DNA of 64,000 nt from Octopus sinensis (Eukaryota), in NCBI RefSeq assembly GCF_006345805.1, contig NC_043005.1, positions 83,018,001 through 83,082,000 of the forward strand. The letters are read 5' to 3'. Position numbers and translations under genes: made by a program. This document shows positions 26,140-40,158 of the stretch, piece after piece. Within the stretch, counting starts at the first letter, position 1. Each line of letters starts with the position of its first letter. The notes under the pieces were generated by a model, which had not been told where the DNA came from, did not search any database, and was given only the letters and a program-made list of their open reading frames with translations.

Positions 26140-26455
26140 CGCTGGCGTGTCTGTGTGGTAAGAAGCTTGCTCCCAACCACACAGTTCTGGGTTCAGTCCC
26201 ACCTTGGGCATGTGTCTTTTACTATAGCCGCGAGGCGACTGAAGCCCTGAGAGTGGATTTGGTACATGGAAACTGAAAGACATCCATCGTATATATATAT
26301 GTGTGTGTGTGTGTGTGTGAACATCGCTTGACAACTAGTGTTGGGGTGTTTACATCCACGTAATGTAGCAGTTCGGCAAAAGGGTACGATAGAATAGGTA
26401 TTGAGCTTTAAAAAATTATGCCCAGGTGTCGAGCTACTCGACTATAACTCTTCAA
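26140..26455 (+). mobile_element. tRNA-derived SINE (CORE-like family) with internal (TA)/(TG) tract
   Basis: GGCGTGTCTGTGTGGTAAGAAGCTTGCTCCCAACCAC...GGGTTCAGTCCCACCTTGGGCA. Other copies at 38318-38476 (-), 38950-39322 (-), 46248-46590 (+) and 34500-34650 (-). Confidence 0.8.
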
Positions 26456-26867
26456 GTAAAAAGATTAAAAAACCTTAGTGTGTTTGTAGGGATTCAAGTA
26501 ATAGAATGGTTGGGAAGGTGAGATAAAAGTGCACTGATATTGTTATGGCATAATCTGAAGATTGCTTAACCCCAGCGTCGTAATTTGTGGCTGAAGGGCG
26601 GATGCATGGTATGGAAATTATGAATTGCTGGTGTGGGCGACTGTTTGCGTTCGATTTCGAGGAATACATCGACGTCACTAAGAATAAAGTAGGTTAGGTC
26701 TCGTTAATAAGTTTGCTCTGCAATAATTTAGTTTCGAGCTCAACCCCACCGCGTGAAACATTCCGCAAGTGTCATCTACTATATATATATATGTAGATAT
26801 GTACATATATGTATATATGCATATATTTATATATTATTTATATTATATTATATGTATATATATATAT

Positions 26868-27270
26868 AATCAAAAAGGGTAATAACCCTTTTTGATAATG
26901 TTCACATATTACGTTATTACCCTTTTTGATTATGTTCACATATTACTTGATAAATTTGTTCGTAAAATTTTTTACCGGCATGCCCTATGTCGCCGGGTAT
27001 ATTTTGCGTCTGCGCAGAGGTTTGAAAAGTTAAGATTTACAAATTGTTAGATCGACACATGGTCTAACGCTCTGTGCATCTAGAATTAGCAAAGGCGTCC
27101 CGCTGACGAACCTTGCCTTGGCAAACATATTCTGTCTGTTTTGCTAGAAAGAGGTAGAAACTGATCAGTCCGGGATATATCGTTAATGGTAAATGTTTTT
27201 GATTTTCACTCGATGAATTTATCCCTTTTTGTGTCTCTAGCACTAGGCTTCCTTATTTGGGAGCCCTTTA
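26868..27270 (+). mobile_element. (TA)n-embedded Penelope-like fragment with a fold-back left end and a hammerhead
   Basis: ATCAAAAAGGGTAATAACCCTTTTTGAT fold-back plus a direct repeat at 26869-26946. Hammerhead at 27097-27176. TA tracts on both sides. Confidence 0.65.
27097..27176 (+). ncRNA. Type I hammerhead ribozyme
   Basis: GTCCCG-CTGACGA-ACCT...AGGT-A-GAAAC-TGATCA-GTC-CGGGAT. Canonical core, 6-bp stem I, palindromic stem III ACTGATCAGT, predicted cleavage after 27170. Confidence 0.8.
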
Positions 27271-27282
27271 TTATATTTATTA

Positions 27283-27428
<146 letters not shown>

Positions 27429-28010
27429 CATATATATCACGTCCTATATACTAAGCGAAAAATCATGTCATTGTTGTCTCTGCCCACAGTGTTATTTGGG
27501 TTTTGGTGTGACCTGCTCAGCTGGTGATCCCTTGACCCTGCCTGTGTAAATTTTTATTGCAAAATTTAATTTGTGCCAAACTTCTGGCATGAAATTAGAG
27601 GGAGAACCATCGATATGTTTGAATTAGCAGCAACAACAGCAACAAAAATAGCATCAACAGCAGCCACAACTACATAAAACAGCCCGAACACGACCAGCAG
27701 CAATAGAAACAAGAAACATACAGCAACCATTTTAAACTGAAAACAACGATTCTTGAAAATAAAATAATTACGCAGGAAACAACACTTAACATAACCCAGC
27801 TGGTATCAATAGCCAGCTTGATATCCCTTAACCCACTTCCACCAGAGATGCGTTGTTAAACGCCTACATATGCATGTCATCTTTCTTTTCTATCCGTTAA
27901 TTTCCATACACTTCACCACTCATGCATTGCAAAGCAGTATCCACTTACAGTATGGTCTTGCTCGTTCCACCCACTTAATATTATGTATTACAGTATTACT
28001 ACAGACTGTG

Positions 28011-28420
28011 AAGGCGGCGAACTGTCAGAAATGTTAGCACCTCGGGGGAAATGCTTAGCTTCATTTCGTCCTTCTTTACGCTCTGAGTTGAAATGTCGCA
28101 GAGGTCGACTTTGCCTTTCATCATTTCTGAGTCGATAGCTTAAGTAATTGTTGAGCACTGTGGTTGATGTAATTGACTTATCCATTCCCCTGAAATTGCT
28201 GGTTTTGTGCCAAAATTTTAAACCAATATTATTCTGTATTAACGTGGCGAGCTGGCAGAATAGTTAGCGCATGGGAAAAAATGTTTAGCGATATTCTGTG
28301 GGTCTTTAAGCTCTGAGTGCAAATTCCACGAGGGTCGACAAAATAAGTTCTAGTATAGTACTGGGGTCCATGTAATCGACTTCACCTCTTCCCCAAAGCT
28401 TGTGCCAACATTCTAAACTA
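28011..28420 (+). mobile_element. Two tandem copies of the ~210-bp SINE
   Basis: GGCGGCGAACTGTCAGAA head at 28013 and GTGGCGAGCTGGCAGAA head at 28243. Confidence 0.8.
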
Positions 28421-30484
28421 ATATTATTCTATACCACAAGGAGTACAGTCCATAACAGACACCCAAAATAACCCAAAGCAATTGTGGTCTCTAGCACTTT
28501 AGCTGCTCATCTAAGAAACGGCAACTCCAATCAAATCCTGCAACCTGATAACTACTGGGCTCATGGCGAGTTTTATAGTAGACCATTACTGCTTTGAAGG
28601 ATAGGAGAGTGGGACTGTCTCTGCACAAATCATGCTCACTTAGATAATATTCATCGTGCAGGTTGATCAGTAAACCAAGACACCATCACAGCTATGTTTT
28701 GTTAAACCCTCATTTATTAAAGCGACGACAGTCCACAATACCACAAGGTAATTAGGTAGTATTTATCAAAACTAATCCATAAAAAAGAAACCACAGAAAT
28801 TGAATTGTGAACTTAATCACTTACACTTCAAACAAATTAGAAATGTTAAACCATTTGTCTACTAAGAAATTAAATGAACTAGATATAAAACTGATGAAAG
28901 AGATCTAAGGATGATAATTTGAAAAAGCGTACACTGCGATAACTTTCAAAACTAGTTCTATTTAATTACATACCATAAAAAAAGCTAAACGCTAAGTGTC
29001 TGATTTCTAGCAATACAAAATTCTTTAACACCAAGAGCAACAACAATTTAATTAACACACTAAACAATACTAATCATCGTAAAGACACCACAACCTCAAA
29101 GTGACAGCTTAATAAATTCATTCATTGAACAATTAAAGTACTAATATAACAATTTGGATGAATGAATTTACCTGAATGCACGAAATTTGCTAATTAACTT
29201 CAGAAATACAAGTTTCCCGGAAATGGTCCGTATACCGTGTGAAAAAAGGAAAGAAAATAATTAAAAAACCGTCGTAGTCAAAGAAAGAATACAAAAACTT
29301 AACTTTAATTGTTAACAGTTCTCAGAGAAAGGGGAAATAATTTCAAAGATTTTTTTACTATTTCACATTTAACTTACATAATTTGAGGGAAAAAAGTATT
29401 ATCTTTGTTTGCAGAGGCAAGGTACCAAAACTAAGGGCATGACATCAGCATAGCAAAAATCTGTCCGAGTTTGGGGTATATGCTCACACAGATTTTTAAA
29501 AACAGAATGATTTTTTACGATATCCAATGAAACACTTTAATGAGCTAAATGAATTAACGTAGACGAGCCAATAGGGTGACTATGTGGTAGGATTAAGGGA
29601 GAATATCCTGAAATGATTCTTTAAATTATTAGTTAATTGAATTTGCCTTTTTAATTGAAACAAAAGGCTAAGATCATTTTAAGAAATTAAGAATTATTCA
29701 TTTAAAGTTAATTTTCCTGCTTCGCAGAAAGGAAGCATTAACTCTACTTCCGGACAATAATCTGAATATTGGCGTTGATATTATTGAAGGCAATATCAAA
29801 TTATTAACAGTTTTGACAAAATTTGGAACAACAATTCCTTTGCTTGCATCATCAATCAAAACGACGTTCTAGACATGGGTGGAGACCAGTCAGCGACAGA
29901 AGTGACACCTTGAGGCATTTATTCAAAACCGACTTAGCAACAAGACATATTTCTGATTCACTAAAACCAAAAGGTACGTTCAAAGGAACATATATAGGAA
30001 GTAATATACTATGAGCGACACAAAGTATGTTTGATTGATAGTTTTAGGACATACCTAGGTGCGTGCTTGGTCTTCAAACCTCCAGAAGTAGCAAGAAAGC
30101 TAGACGAAAGATGCTCTGACGAACACATCATAGGATAGCGCCGCAGTATATGACCTGAGATAGTAGCAAGTAACAATAGCAGTGACGTTGACCGTAAGCG
30201 AATTTACTGTATTGTGTTAATTTTTTTTCCTAATATTATTGTTTTAAATATATTCTTTTTATTTTAATAATATGTTTCAGTCATGTGAAGATACCGTCTT
30301 CAAAGCTTCAGTTCATCATATCGACATCAATACATACTTCAGACGATTTTATCGATATCAGTTCGACTAGACATAAGAAAAATACCATAAGCAACAGAAA
30401 CACAGGCATAAACATTCACAGGTTTATGTGTTATGTCTATGTGTTTATATAAATATATATATATATATATATACATATACATAC

Positions 30485-30553
<69 letters not shown>

Positions 30554-30560
30554 CATACGA

Positions 30561-30624
<64 letters not shown>

Positions 30625-30677
30625 GCATTCATACATACATAAAGTGTCTGTATATGCGTGTGAGAGAAAGATGCATG

Positions 30678-30713
<36 letters not shown>

Positions 30714-31279
30714 TAAATAGATATAGATATAGATATATAATAAATATATGTACTTGTATAAAAATACATGTGTATAAGCATCTATGAACGTATATATGAA
30801 TGTACGCACGTATGTATATAATTATGTATATGTATGTATGTATGTATTTTATGTATGTATGTATGAATAATTATTTGTGAACGTGTATGTGTGTATTAAA
30901 TATATCCTCTTCTAAAAAGTATTTTTATGTGAAGTTATATAAAAACAATTTAATGTTAAGCTGCTTTCATATATAACTTCATATAAAAACTGTAAAATAT
31001 ACGTGTGAGATTAAAATATGTGTGTACATACTTGTGTGTGTGTGTGTTGTGTCTCTGTGTCTGTGAATCTGAAGCTATAGTAAATGCATTTGCAGAAGGA
31101 AGGAATCATGTACAGAGACCGATCCCGGATTAGATTGTTACGAAACAGTCACTTTGTTCTTAATTACATAGTTGTGCCGGGACTAAAAGGACCAAGCGAT
31201 ATTCCATGTCCACACAGAATCCAAATTATTAAGCCTATTGAATACAACATATATGGGCATTTTCGTAATCGCACATTAT

Positions 31280-31665
31280 TCTTTTCTACTCTAGGCACAA
31301 GGCCGAAATTTGGATGGAGGGGGCCAATCAATGAGATCGATCCAGTACACAACTAGTACTTAATTTATCGACCCGGAAAGAATGAAAGGCGAAGTAGACC
31401 ACGGCGGAATTTGAACTCAGAACGTTAAGACAGACGAAATACGGCTAAGAATTTCACCCGGCGTACTAACGTTTCTTATTTCTTTATTGCCCACAAGGGG
31501 CTAAATATAGAGGGGACAAACAAGGACAGACAATGGGATTAAGTCGATTAAATCGACCCCAGTATGTAAATGATACTTAATTTATCGACCCCGAGAGGAT
31601 GAAAGGCAAAGTCGACCTCGGCGGAATTTGAACTCAGAACGTAGCGGCCGAGGAAATACCATTAG
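31280..31665 (-). mobile_element. Two tandem SINE copies with different 3' tails
   Basis: SINE body repeated. On the plus strand one tail reads TTTCTACTCTAGGCACAAGGCC (31282) and the other TTTCTTTATTGCCCACAAGGGGCT (31479). Confidence 0.8.
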
Positions 31666-31865
31666 GTATTATGTAAACTCAGGTACACATTTTAGTAACT
31701 ATTACATACACATACAGACCGTAATGCAAGAGCAAAAAGTAATTCAATATACAGTGTTGCTGATACACAAAATTGTAGATGCATATATTTGTAGACAAAG
31801 GCACTCATATGCACACATGCATATACATAAACGCACACACACTCACACATACATACATACATACA

Positions 31866-31899
<34 letters not shown>

Positions 31900-32149
31900 C
31901 ATACATACACATAAATGCATAGTTGATTAATTGATTCCAACGGCAGCAATACTAGTCATGCTGGAGCCTGTTACATGTATCTGTGCAAGTAATCTGTGCG
32001 TACATGCTTGTAGGTATGATTGTATCTCTGAATATATGCATATACACATATGTGTAGGTATGCATATGAATATACATACGTGTATGCTTGTGTGTGTGTG
32101 TGTTTGTGTGTGTGTGCATGTTGTGCGTATTGGCGTGTATGTATAAATG

Positions 32150-32227
<78 letters not shown>

Positions 32228-32473
32228 GTGAGTATGTACGTTTGCATGCCTGTATACTAATTTATATATATTTGCATGTAAGTATAGTGAGATATACATA
32301 CAAACTTGCGCACATATACATTTGTCTAATCGCTTGTATTTTTACATTTAAATTAAACGAATAATTAGTTAAATTAAATTAATCGTGTTAATTAGACAAG
32401 AAAGTAAGGAGATCTATTTCCCTCTCTGTCTTTTTTACTCTAACTTTTTAATACTTTTCTTTCTCTCTGTTTC

Positions 32474-32506
<33 letters not shown>

Positions 32507-33434
32507 TTTTCTCTCACTTTACCACTCGCTCTCGCTTTCCCACTTTCACTCTTTCTATCAATCTCTCAATCTTTTCCTCTCTCTCTCTCTCTCTCTCTCC
32601 ATTCCTCTTTTGACACTCACATACACACACGCACACGTACATACACACACACACACTCATCGCATACACATAATGGCACTCATATATCCTCATACACATA
32701 CAGGCAGTCATATATTAGCACATAGTGACACACTCACACGCGCGCGCACTTATACCCAAAAAGACACATCACAAACGAAGTTTTCCAATCGCTAATTCCC
32801 CTCACTAAGTACCCTATTTACTTCTTGAATTAAACTAAGGTTATCGAAGATGGTAGCAAAATTGCAATTTGCTGGAAATGTTTATTTTATTTCATTTTGG
32901 TTTATTTTGTTTTATTTCATTTTGTTTTATTTTTTTATTATTTCATTTTGTTTTATTTTGTTTTATTTCATTTTGTTGTATTTTGTTTTATTTAATTTTA
33001 TTTGTTGCATGTATATGTCATTCACTAATTACATGAATTATCTAAATTCATGCAATCGGTGCAATTAAATTATCTCCCTTGGCTAGCTTCTTTGGAGTTG
33101 ACGGAACTAAATTTGCCCATGTTTCGAGAACGGCTTGAAACGCCGAAACGCCGTCTTACGAATCTCTCAAAAATCATTTGTGTTTGATAATTACCTAATT
33201 ACAAACCAAGAACATTTACTCTGGACGTGTTTTCACTTCACAGACATGTTTTATTTCCAAAATATCCGTTTATTGTTTGTAGTCTGTGGGCGAAATGGTG
33301 TGGAAGGGAGGAGCGAAAGATGTCTAATCTTCATTACATTAGAAATTTGGCAAAGCTTAAATTCGTCGCTAATTTCTTGATTATTTAAAAATAAATCGCT
33401 GCCGTTACTATTCTTGTTGTTGTTGTTTCTGATA

Positions 33435-33510
33435 CTGCTACGGCTACTGCTGCTACGGCTACTGCTGCTACGGCTACTGCTGCTACAGCTACTGCTGCTA
33501 CGGCTACTGC
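33435..33510. repeat. 15-bp minisatellite (CTGCTACGGCTACTG) x5
   Basis: Visible tandem repeat. Confidence 0.9.
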
Positions 33511-33999
33511 ACCTGCTCTTTGTTTTTTACTCACAATCATTCACTCTTATGATGTATGAAGTTCTATTCCTAAACTAACCCGCTTTCTTTTTCCTTAAAC
33601 ATTGTGCATCTTCGACTTCATTATCTAAACTGTTCCCATTTTCGAGACAATATTGAGAATAATAAGAGCGAAAGATTTGGCTGCTCCTTCTACAAGATCG
33701 AGTAATCCCGTTCAGACTTCATTAATGAATTTTTTTAAAAAGCACCTGAAGGTGCTGTGTTGCCTTTTTTTTTTTACTTTTGTTGCTACTGTTGTTACTA
33801 ACTTTGGTATTCTGCGATCAGATCATTCAGTCCGCGTCGTTCTCGAATTACTTCATTTCGTATATGCTTTTGCAGTGATATCCCTAGTATAGATCTTTCC
33901 ATGGCCTTTTGAGGTGTAGCCAATTAATATTCATCCCGTGATTTTCTCTTTCCTGCCTTTGTTCAACTTTCAAGTGTATTTTATGCTACTTTTTGTTTC

Positions 34000-34197
34000 A
34001 AAGGCACAAGGCCAATACGTTTGAGATAGGGAATAAGTCGATTAAATCTAGCCCAGTCTTCAACTGACACTTATTTTGTCAACCCTTAGAAAATGAAAGT
34101 AAAGTCGGCCTCGGCGGAATTTGAACTCAAAACGTTAAGGAAGACGAAATGCCGCTAAACATTTTGCCCGGCGTGCTAACGATTCTGCCAGCTCGCT
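34000..34197 (-). mobile_element. ~210-bp SINE copy
   Basis: AGGCACAAGGCC...GGCGGAATTTGAACTC...GATTCTGCCAGCTCGC. Confidence 0.8.
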
Positions 34198-34342
34198 CTC
34201 TTTTATCTTATGCAATATTAAGCCTCTTTCTTCTCTTTCTTTTTTAACCCTCAATGTCTAATAAAATTCAATGAGAAATTTGTTTCCACTGCCAAATGAA
34301 ATTCAAGGTACAGTTTAAGATTAACTTTTTTTTAATTTTACA

Positions 34343-35283
34343 CTAGCAACACACACCGGCATTGCCCGGGTGTTATGACCTACAGTCACATTGTATTATT
34401 TGTTCCTTTGTTTTGGGCTGAATTGGCACGCGAGGAGTATGAAACAAACAACTCTCCTTTATAAACACGTTTTTCGGTAATTTTCTGTTGAACTACACTG
34501 CAGTTTCCGTCTATCAAATTCAGTCACACGTCTATGGTTGGGCTACGGCTATAGTAGAAAACATTTTTCCAATCTACCATGGAGAGGGACTGAACGTGGA
34601 ATCATGTGGTTGAGAAGCAAATTTCTCAACCACACAGTCATTCTTGCACCTAATATATGTACGTGTGTGTTTCCATTTGTTGTTAAATCGTGTATTGTGT
34701 ACCACTATGTCTCAAACTTAGCAGTTCATCAAGCAGAGACCTATAAAATAAATGCCAGATTGAAGTACGTAATGAGGTCTGTATGATAAATTAAATTTTT
34801 GAAGTTGATACTCCATTATGACGACAATCGAAAGACTAACCCCAATAAAATAACTTTTAAAGATTTAATAACTTCAAATTGAAGGCAATAGATTACTAAC
34901 CACAAGATAATGAGTTCAAAACTTCGTATTGAACTTCCACTCTGTACGATAACACTTTATGTACATCTCAGTCTACTTGACTTCCAAAAATTAACAATTG
35001 TAATTTAAATGATTAGTAGAAAGAACGATGTCCAGATTTCTTTAAAAATTATTGTGCGACCTGACCTCATTTTCGAGGTTATTTTTGTAGTGGAAAAGAG
35101 TTGTTGTGCAAAAAACATACTTTACTTACTAACCGACAGCTTCCTAAATATTTTGATATTTCATAGTCAGAATCGGCAAGTTTTCGAATTCATAAGAAAC
35201 ATACGCACGCACACGCATGCGCGCGCGCACACACGAGGATGCGCGCACGCACACACACACAAACTCTGTTATATATATTAAGA
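34343..35283 (-). mobile_element. Non-autonomous Helitron
   Basis: Minus strand starts A^TCTTAATATATATAACAG at 35283. It ends with the hairpin CCCGGGCAATGCCGG followed by GCTAG^T at 34343. These are canonical TC...CTAG ends in an AT target. Confidence 0.6.
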
Positions 35284-36706
35284 TTGACATTTGAACAGTA
35301 AATCGGCAGTGTTGTTTAGCACTAAACGGAATGCTTTACAGTATTTGTTGTGAGTTCAAATCCTCCAAAGCACAGACACTGGCAACAAGCTATAACGGCT
35401 CTTCGTTCTTTCATAGTAACTGATCTTTGAAGTTTGCATTTGCCCCGTTGCCTTCCAAGCTACTCACATTCTGAGATCACATCCCTCCTGGGTCACTCAA
35501 ACATTGTGCTCGATGATATCGACTAACCTCCTTCCATTAGAAGCATGCCTGGGTAGTGGATTGGCAGATTCGTTAGAATATCTGACAAAATATCATGTAT
35601 TTCTTCCGGTATTTCTCTCATTCTGAGCTGAAAACACGCCAAAGTCAAGTCCTCCACTCCCACCCGGGGTCGGTAAATAACGTTCTAGTCAAGTACTTTA
35701 ATCAGAATTACTGTCTTTGCACCTAAATCATAAACCATTAATACTCAACGCTATCACATAGTTACGATCCATTACGATTTGAGTTCAAATTCTACCAGAG
35801 TCCATTTTTCCATTTATCCTCCCCGTGTTTCATTAGACTTGAATAAAAGTTGATTTAATCAAGCATTTCTCTGGCACAAAAACGGTAGCCTTCTGTCTAA
35901 ATTAGCAATCAATATTTATCATTCAACATATTTTATATTGTCTAGGATATTTTAATGTATAAAAATACATGTTTAGAATATGGTATTTTGTCGAAGAGGA
36001 CGAATCAGTGGCATTTTGACTTTCTTCTTGTCTTCCAAGATTTTAACAATTTGCAACATATTGTGTGCATGCATTGTTTGTTAATGATCGCTAAATTAGA
36101 AAACTAATTTAAAGATTAGATAAAAAGCCAATTTAAAGATTAGGTATTAAATTTACGTGTGTAGAAACATGAACTTTAATACTGTAGTTGAATTGTAGTA
36201 AAACTGTAATGAGATAATTATTTAAATCCAAAATTACAATTAGATATTGTCCATAAAAACAATGGTGTCGAACAGCTGAATGATTTGCTTCCGTCTACTC
36301 TATCACAAAAAACTCATAAATGGCTCTTTATATAGGTGTTGTTGTTTTTGTCATTGTGGCTGCTGTTGTTATAGTTATTGATTAACCTCAGATCGGGACT
36401 TATGAAGTAGATTATAATCAAAAAGCGTCCCTGCCATTGCTGTAGTACTATTCTAATTAAGAGGGCGTCTCGTGATGATGGGACTGGATGGCATGGATGT
36501 ATATCATGCACTTTCCTATAGAACAGAAGATTCTCTCTCTCTCTCCCTCTCACACACACACACCCTCTGTATATGTATATCGCTCACAAGGAGTGTGTGC
36601 ACGTGTGTGTGAAAGTGTGTGTATGGGTGTTTGTTTGACAGTGTGAGTGCATGTGTGCATGCATGTGTATAAAGCATTTCCTTGGGGTGATATATACTAG
36701 CTGAGC

Positions 36707-37085
36707 GTAGAGGAGCAATGGCCAAGTGGTTAGGGCAGTGGACACGCGGTTGTAGGATCGCGGTTTAGAATTCCCAGACCAGGCGTTGTGAGTGTTTATT
36801 GAGCGAAAATACCTAAAGCTTCACGAGGCTCCGGCAGGAGTGGTGGCGAACCTTGCTGTACTATTTCCCCACAACTTTCTCTCTTTCTTTCTGTTTCTGT
36901 TGTACCTGTATTTCAAAGGGCCAGCCTTATCACACTCTGTGTCACGCTGAATCTCCCCGAGTTCTACGTTAAGGGTACTCGTGTCTGTGGAGTGCTCAGC
37001 CACTTGCACGTTAATGTCATGAACAAGCTGTTCCGTTGATCGGATGAACTGGAACCCTCGTCGTCGTAACCGAGGGAGTGCCACG
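36707..37085 (+). mobile_element. Full-length tRNA-derived SINE with 13-bp TSD
   Basis: A box TGGCCAAGTGG. TSD ATACTAGCTGAGC at 36694-36706 and 37086-37098. The 3' half is shared with the SINE at 9283-9614. Confidence 0.88.
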
Positions 37086-38283
37086 ATACTAGCTGAGCAT
37101 GCCGTCGTTGCCGAGCAATTTTCACAATAAAATGCCTTATTTCATTTTTCTTTTTTTTGTTCCATGTCTTCACCGACGGATATACCTCTTGATTAGGACA
37201 GATTTCTGCATTGTTTGCGATAATTTTAAATGTACCGATAAACTAAGTTTTCGCTTTTCCATTTGGTGTATAAAAGTAAAGATTTTTCTTAACTCGCTGC
37301 TGATGTTCTGTGAGGGTTTTTAAACTTTGTTGCCTCAATAAAATGCCTTCACACACACACACACACACACACCACACACACACACACATACACACACACG
37401 TAAACACACACGCACTGTGATGCGCGCGCACATATACACACACATTTACACACACTCAGCGCGAACGATATGCATATACAGAATGTGAGAGAGATATGCA
37501 TATACAGACTGTAACGACAAAGAGAGGTGAAAATTTACCATGACGAAAGCTTAAAAGAGAGAGATAGATAAATAGAGAGAAAGAGTTCTTCTGTTGCTTT
37601 TACAGATTTAAAACATTTTAAAATGAAGTGAAAACGTTCAAATTTGAGATATAGATGTACTTTTTCACGCAGAATTTGATTATTTTATTCATTTATTTCA
37701 AAAAAAAAAACTTTAGAAAAATGTTAGAGAGGTTTAAAGTCTAATTATATTTATCCGATCAGAAAACAAGATTTGGACGCTAGCATTTTCTGCGTGATAG
37801 CTATTCATCATAAAATGAAAGTAAACATTACAACGATGTAGTCTTAAACAAAATGAAAGCAATTGCAATATCATATCAAGAAAGAGAGAGGGCAGCAGTA
37901 TACTTGAGATATATACATATAGAGAATGATAATAAATATATAGAGAGGAAAGGCATAAAAGAGTAAGAGACAACCTAATAGAGGCAGACCTACATTGGTA
38001 GATATGTCGATCTAAAAATTGAGTTATTTCTAGCAGAAAATTAAATCTCTTGATCAATTATAATATTATTGACTGTTATGAACATTTAAATTTGTCGACA
38101 TTGAAGCTTTTAAAAATGTCTAATTCATAATTCTAAATTTTTTCCATTGATATATGTGAGTGTGCGTGTGTGTATGTATGTATAAATATATATATGCTTA
38201 TACATACATACATACATACATACATACATACATACATACATACATACATACATACATACAACATACATACATACATACATACA

Positions 38284-38316
<33 letters not shown>

Positions 38317-39984
38317 TCACGACGGGTTACTTTCAGTCTCCTTCAACCAAATCCACCCACAAGGATCGGTTCGGCCGCGGCTGAGGTAGAATACAATTGC
38401 TAAATTGTGACGCAGTCGGACTGGACCCAGTACCATATGGTTGGGAAGCAAGCTTCTTAGCACGAAGCAACGCCTGTACCTTTACGTACAAAACCAAATA
38501 CATTGATGATTGGCATGATTATATAGCATTTGGTGTATGATATTAAGTCTTTATTCTAACTTTGTATGTATGTCTTAGTTCCGTATGTTTAAATTTTCCA
38601 ACTTTATACATTTTCCTTCAGTGTTATTTTCACTCAAATTTATTTCAGAATATATAATATTGAAGAATATATAAACACAAATGTTTTATTGTTATTTATG
38701 TATTCTTGATAATCTTTGTATGTCTACGCCATGGTGTACGGAAACTATATTATGTTTCGGGTTATAAATTGATATGAATGGGGGCTTTTTCTCTATTCTC
38801 ATCGTCTTATAATTTTACTAATGTTAATCTTCAGCCAGCTTTGATAGATTTATAGATTTGTTGATATCTATACATATCTTTGTATATTTAGAAAGTATTC
38901 ACCAGATATTATAAATTATTTCAGTGCGTGTGTGTATATATTTATTCCTTTATTCTTTTACTTGTTTCAGTCATTTGACTGCAGCCATGCTGGAGCATCG
39001 CAGTTAAGGGTTTTAGTTGAAGAAATCGCCCCCAGGGCATATTCTTTGTAAGCCTAGTACTTATTCTATCAGTATATTTTACCGGACAGCTAAGTTACGG
39101 GGACGTAACCACCACCAGTTGTGAAGCAGTTGAGGTAGGGGATAAACACAGGAAACAAAGACACACACAGAAATATATATATATATATATATATTTATAC
39201 ATATATACGACTGGCTTTTTTGATCGACCCGGAGCTATAGTAGAAGACACTTGCCCAAGGTGACATGCAGTGAGACTGAATCTAGTGCCATGTGGTTGGG
39301 AAGCGAGCTTCTTACCACACAGTCAAATATGTATGTATGTATGTATGTATGTATGTCTGTATGTATGTATGTATGTATGTATGTATGTATGTATGTATGT
39401 AGATACAGATATACATATATATGACATTATTCAAACTGTCACTGATCTCGAGAAGGGAGAAATAAGCTATATTTAATCTCTAAGCGAGATATAAACAGTA
39501 GCAATACGGAATCGTAACATATAAATGCCAACCAAGTGTGGCGTTCTATACAGGGTAGTACTACTGACGTTTAGTACTACTGACATTTAGTACTACTGAC
39601 GTTTAGTATTTGCGAGGGGAGGTCATAGCTCCCTTACATGATGCACACGAACACGAGTTTCTGGGTAGTTACCCGTCCTTGCTCAGACATTAAAATAACT
39701 TGTTTCTTCTGTTTCAAGATCAGAGACAGTTTGTCGTTGAAAAAGCATGAAGTATTTTGCGAGTGGAGTGAGTTTTCATCACTAGCTGATGATTAACACA
39801 CGGATAACCACCCAGAAACTCGAGTCCCGGGCCAACTATGTAACGCGCCAATAAATTGCGGCAGACAGTTGTGTGTGCAATGGGAGCTAACAGCAACCTT
39901 CACGGGAGAGTGCATCGAGTGACGTCATTATGTTTACTTCGTAAGTTTTGAAATTTGTGATCACGTGTAATTTGAGATTTTGTG

Positions 39985-40158
39985 ATGGATAGGAAGTTGA
40001 AACAAAGAGCCAACGTGAAATCTTGCGTTAATCTTGAGAGGTCTGCTGTAGACACATTGCCCATACCCCTGCAATAGGTTGTAAACAATATTTCGAGTGG
40101 CACGGGCGCTTCAAAGGCGGAAGTAGACCCCTGGAAGACGATGAGCGAACTGGGAGAT
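39985..40158 (+). mobile_element. Decayed mariner transposase N-terminus
   Basis: MDRKLKQRANVKSCVNL...WHGRFKGGSRPLEDDERTGR, resembling the mariner HTH region. Confidence 0.75.

Noticed and set aside
30922-30989. ~20-bp AT-rich inverted repeat
   Set aside because: Low complexity and isolated, with no supporting element features.
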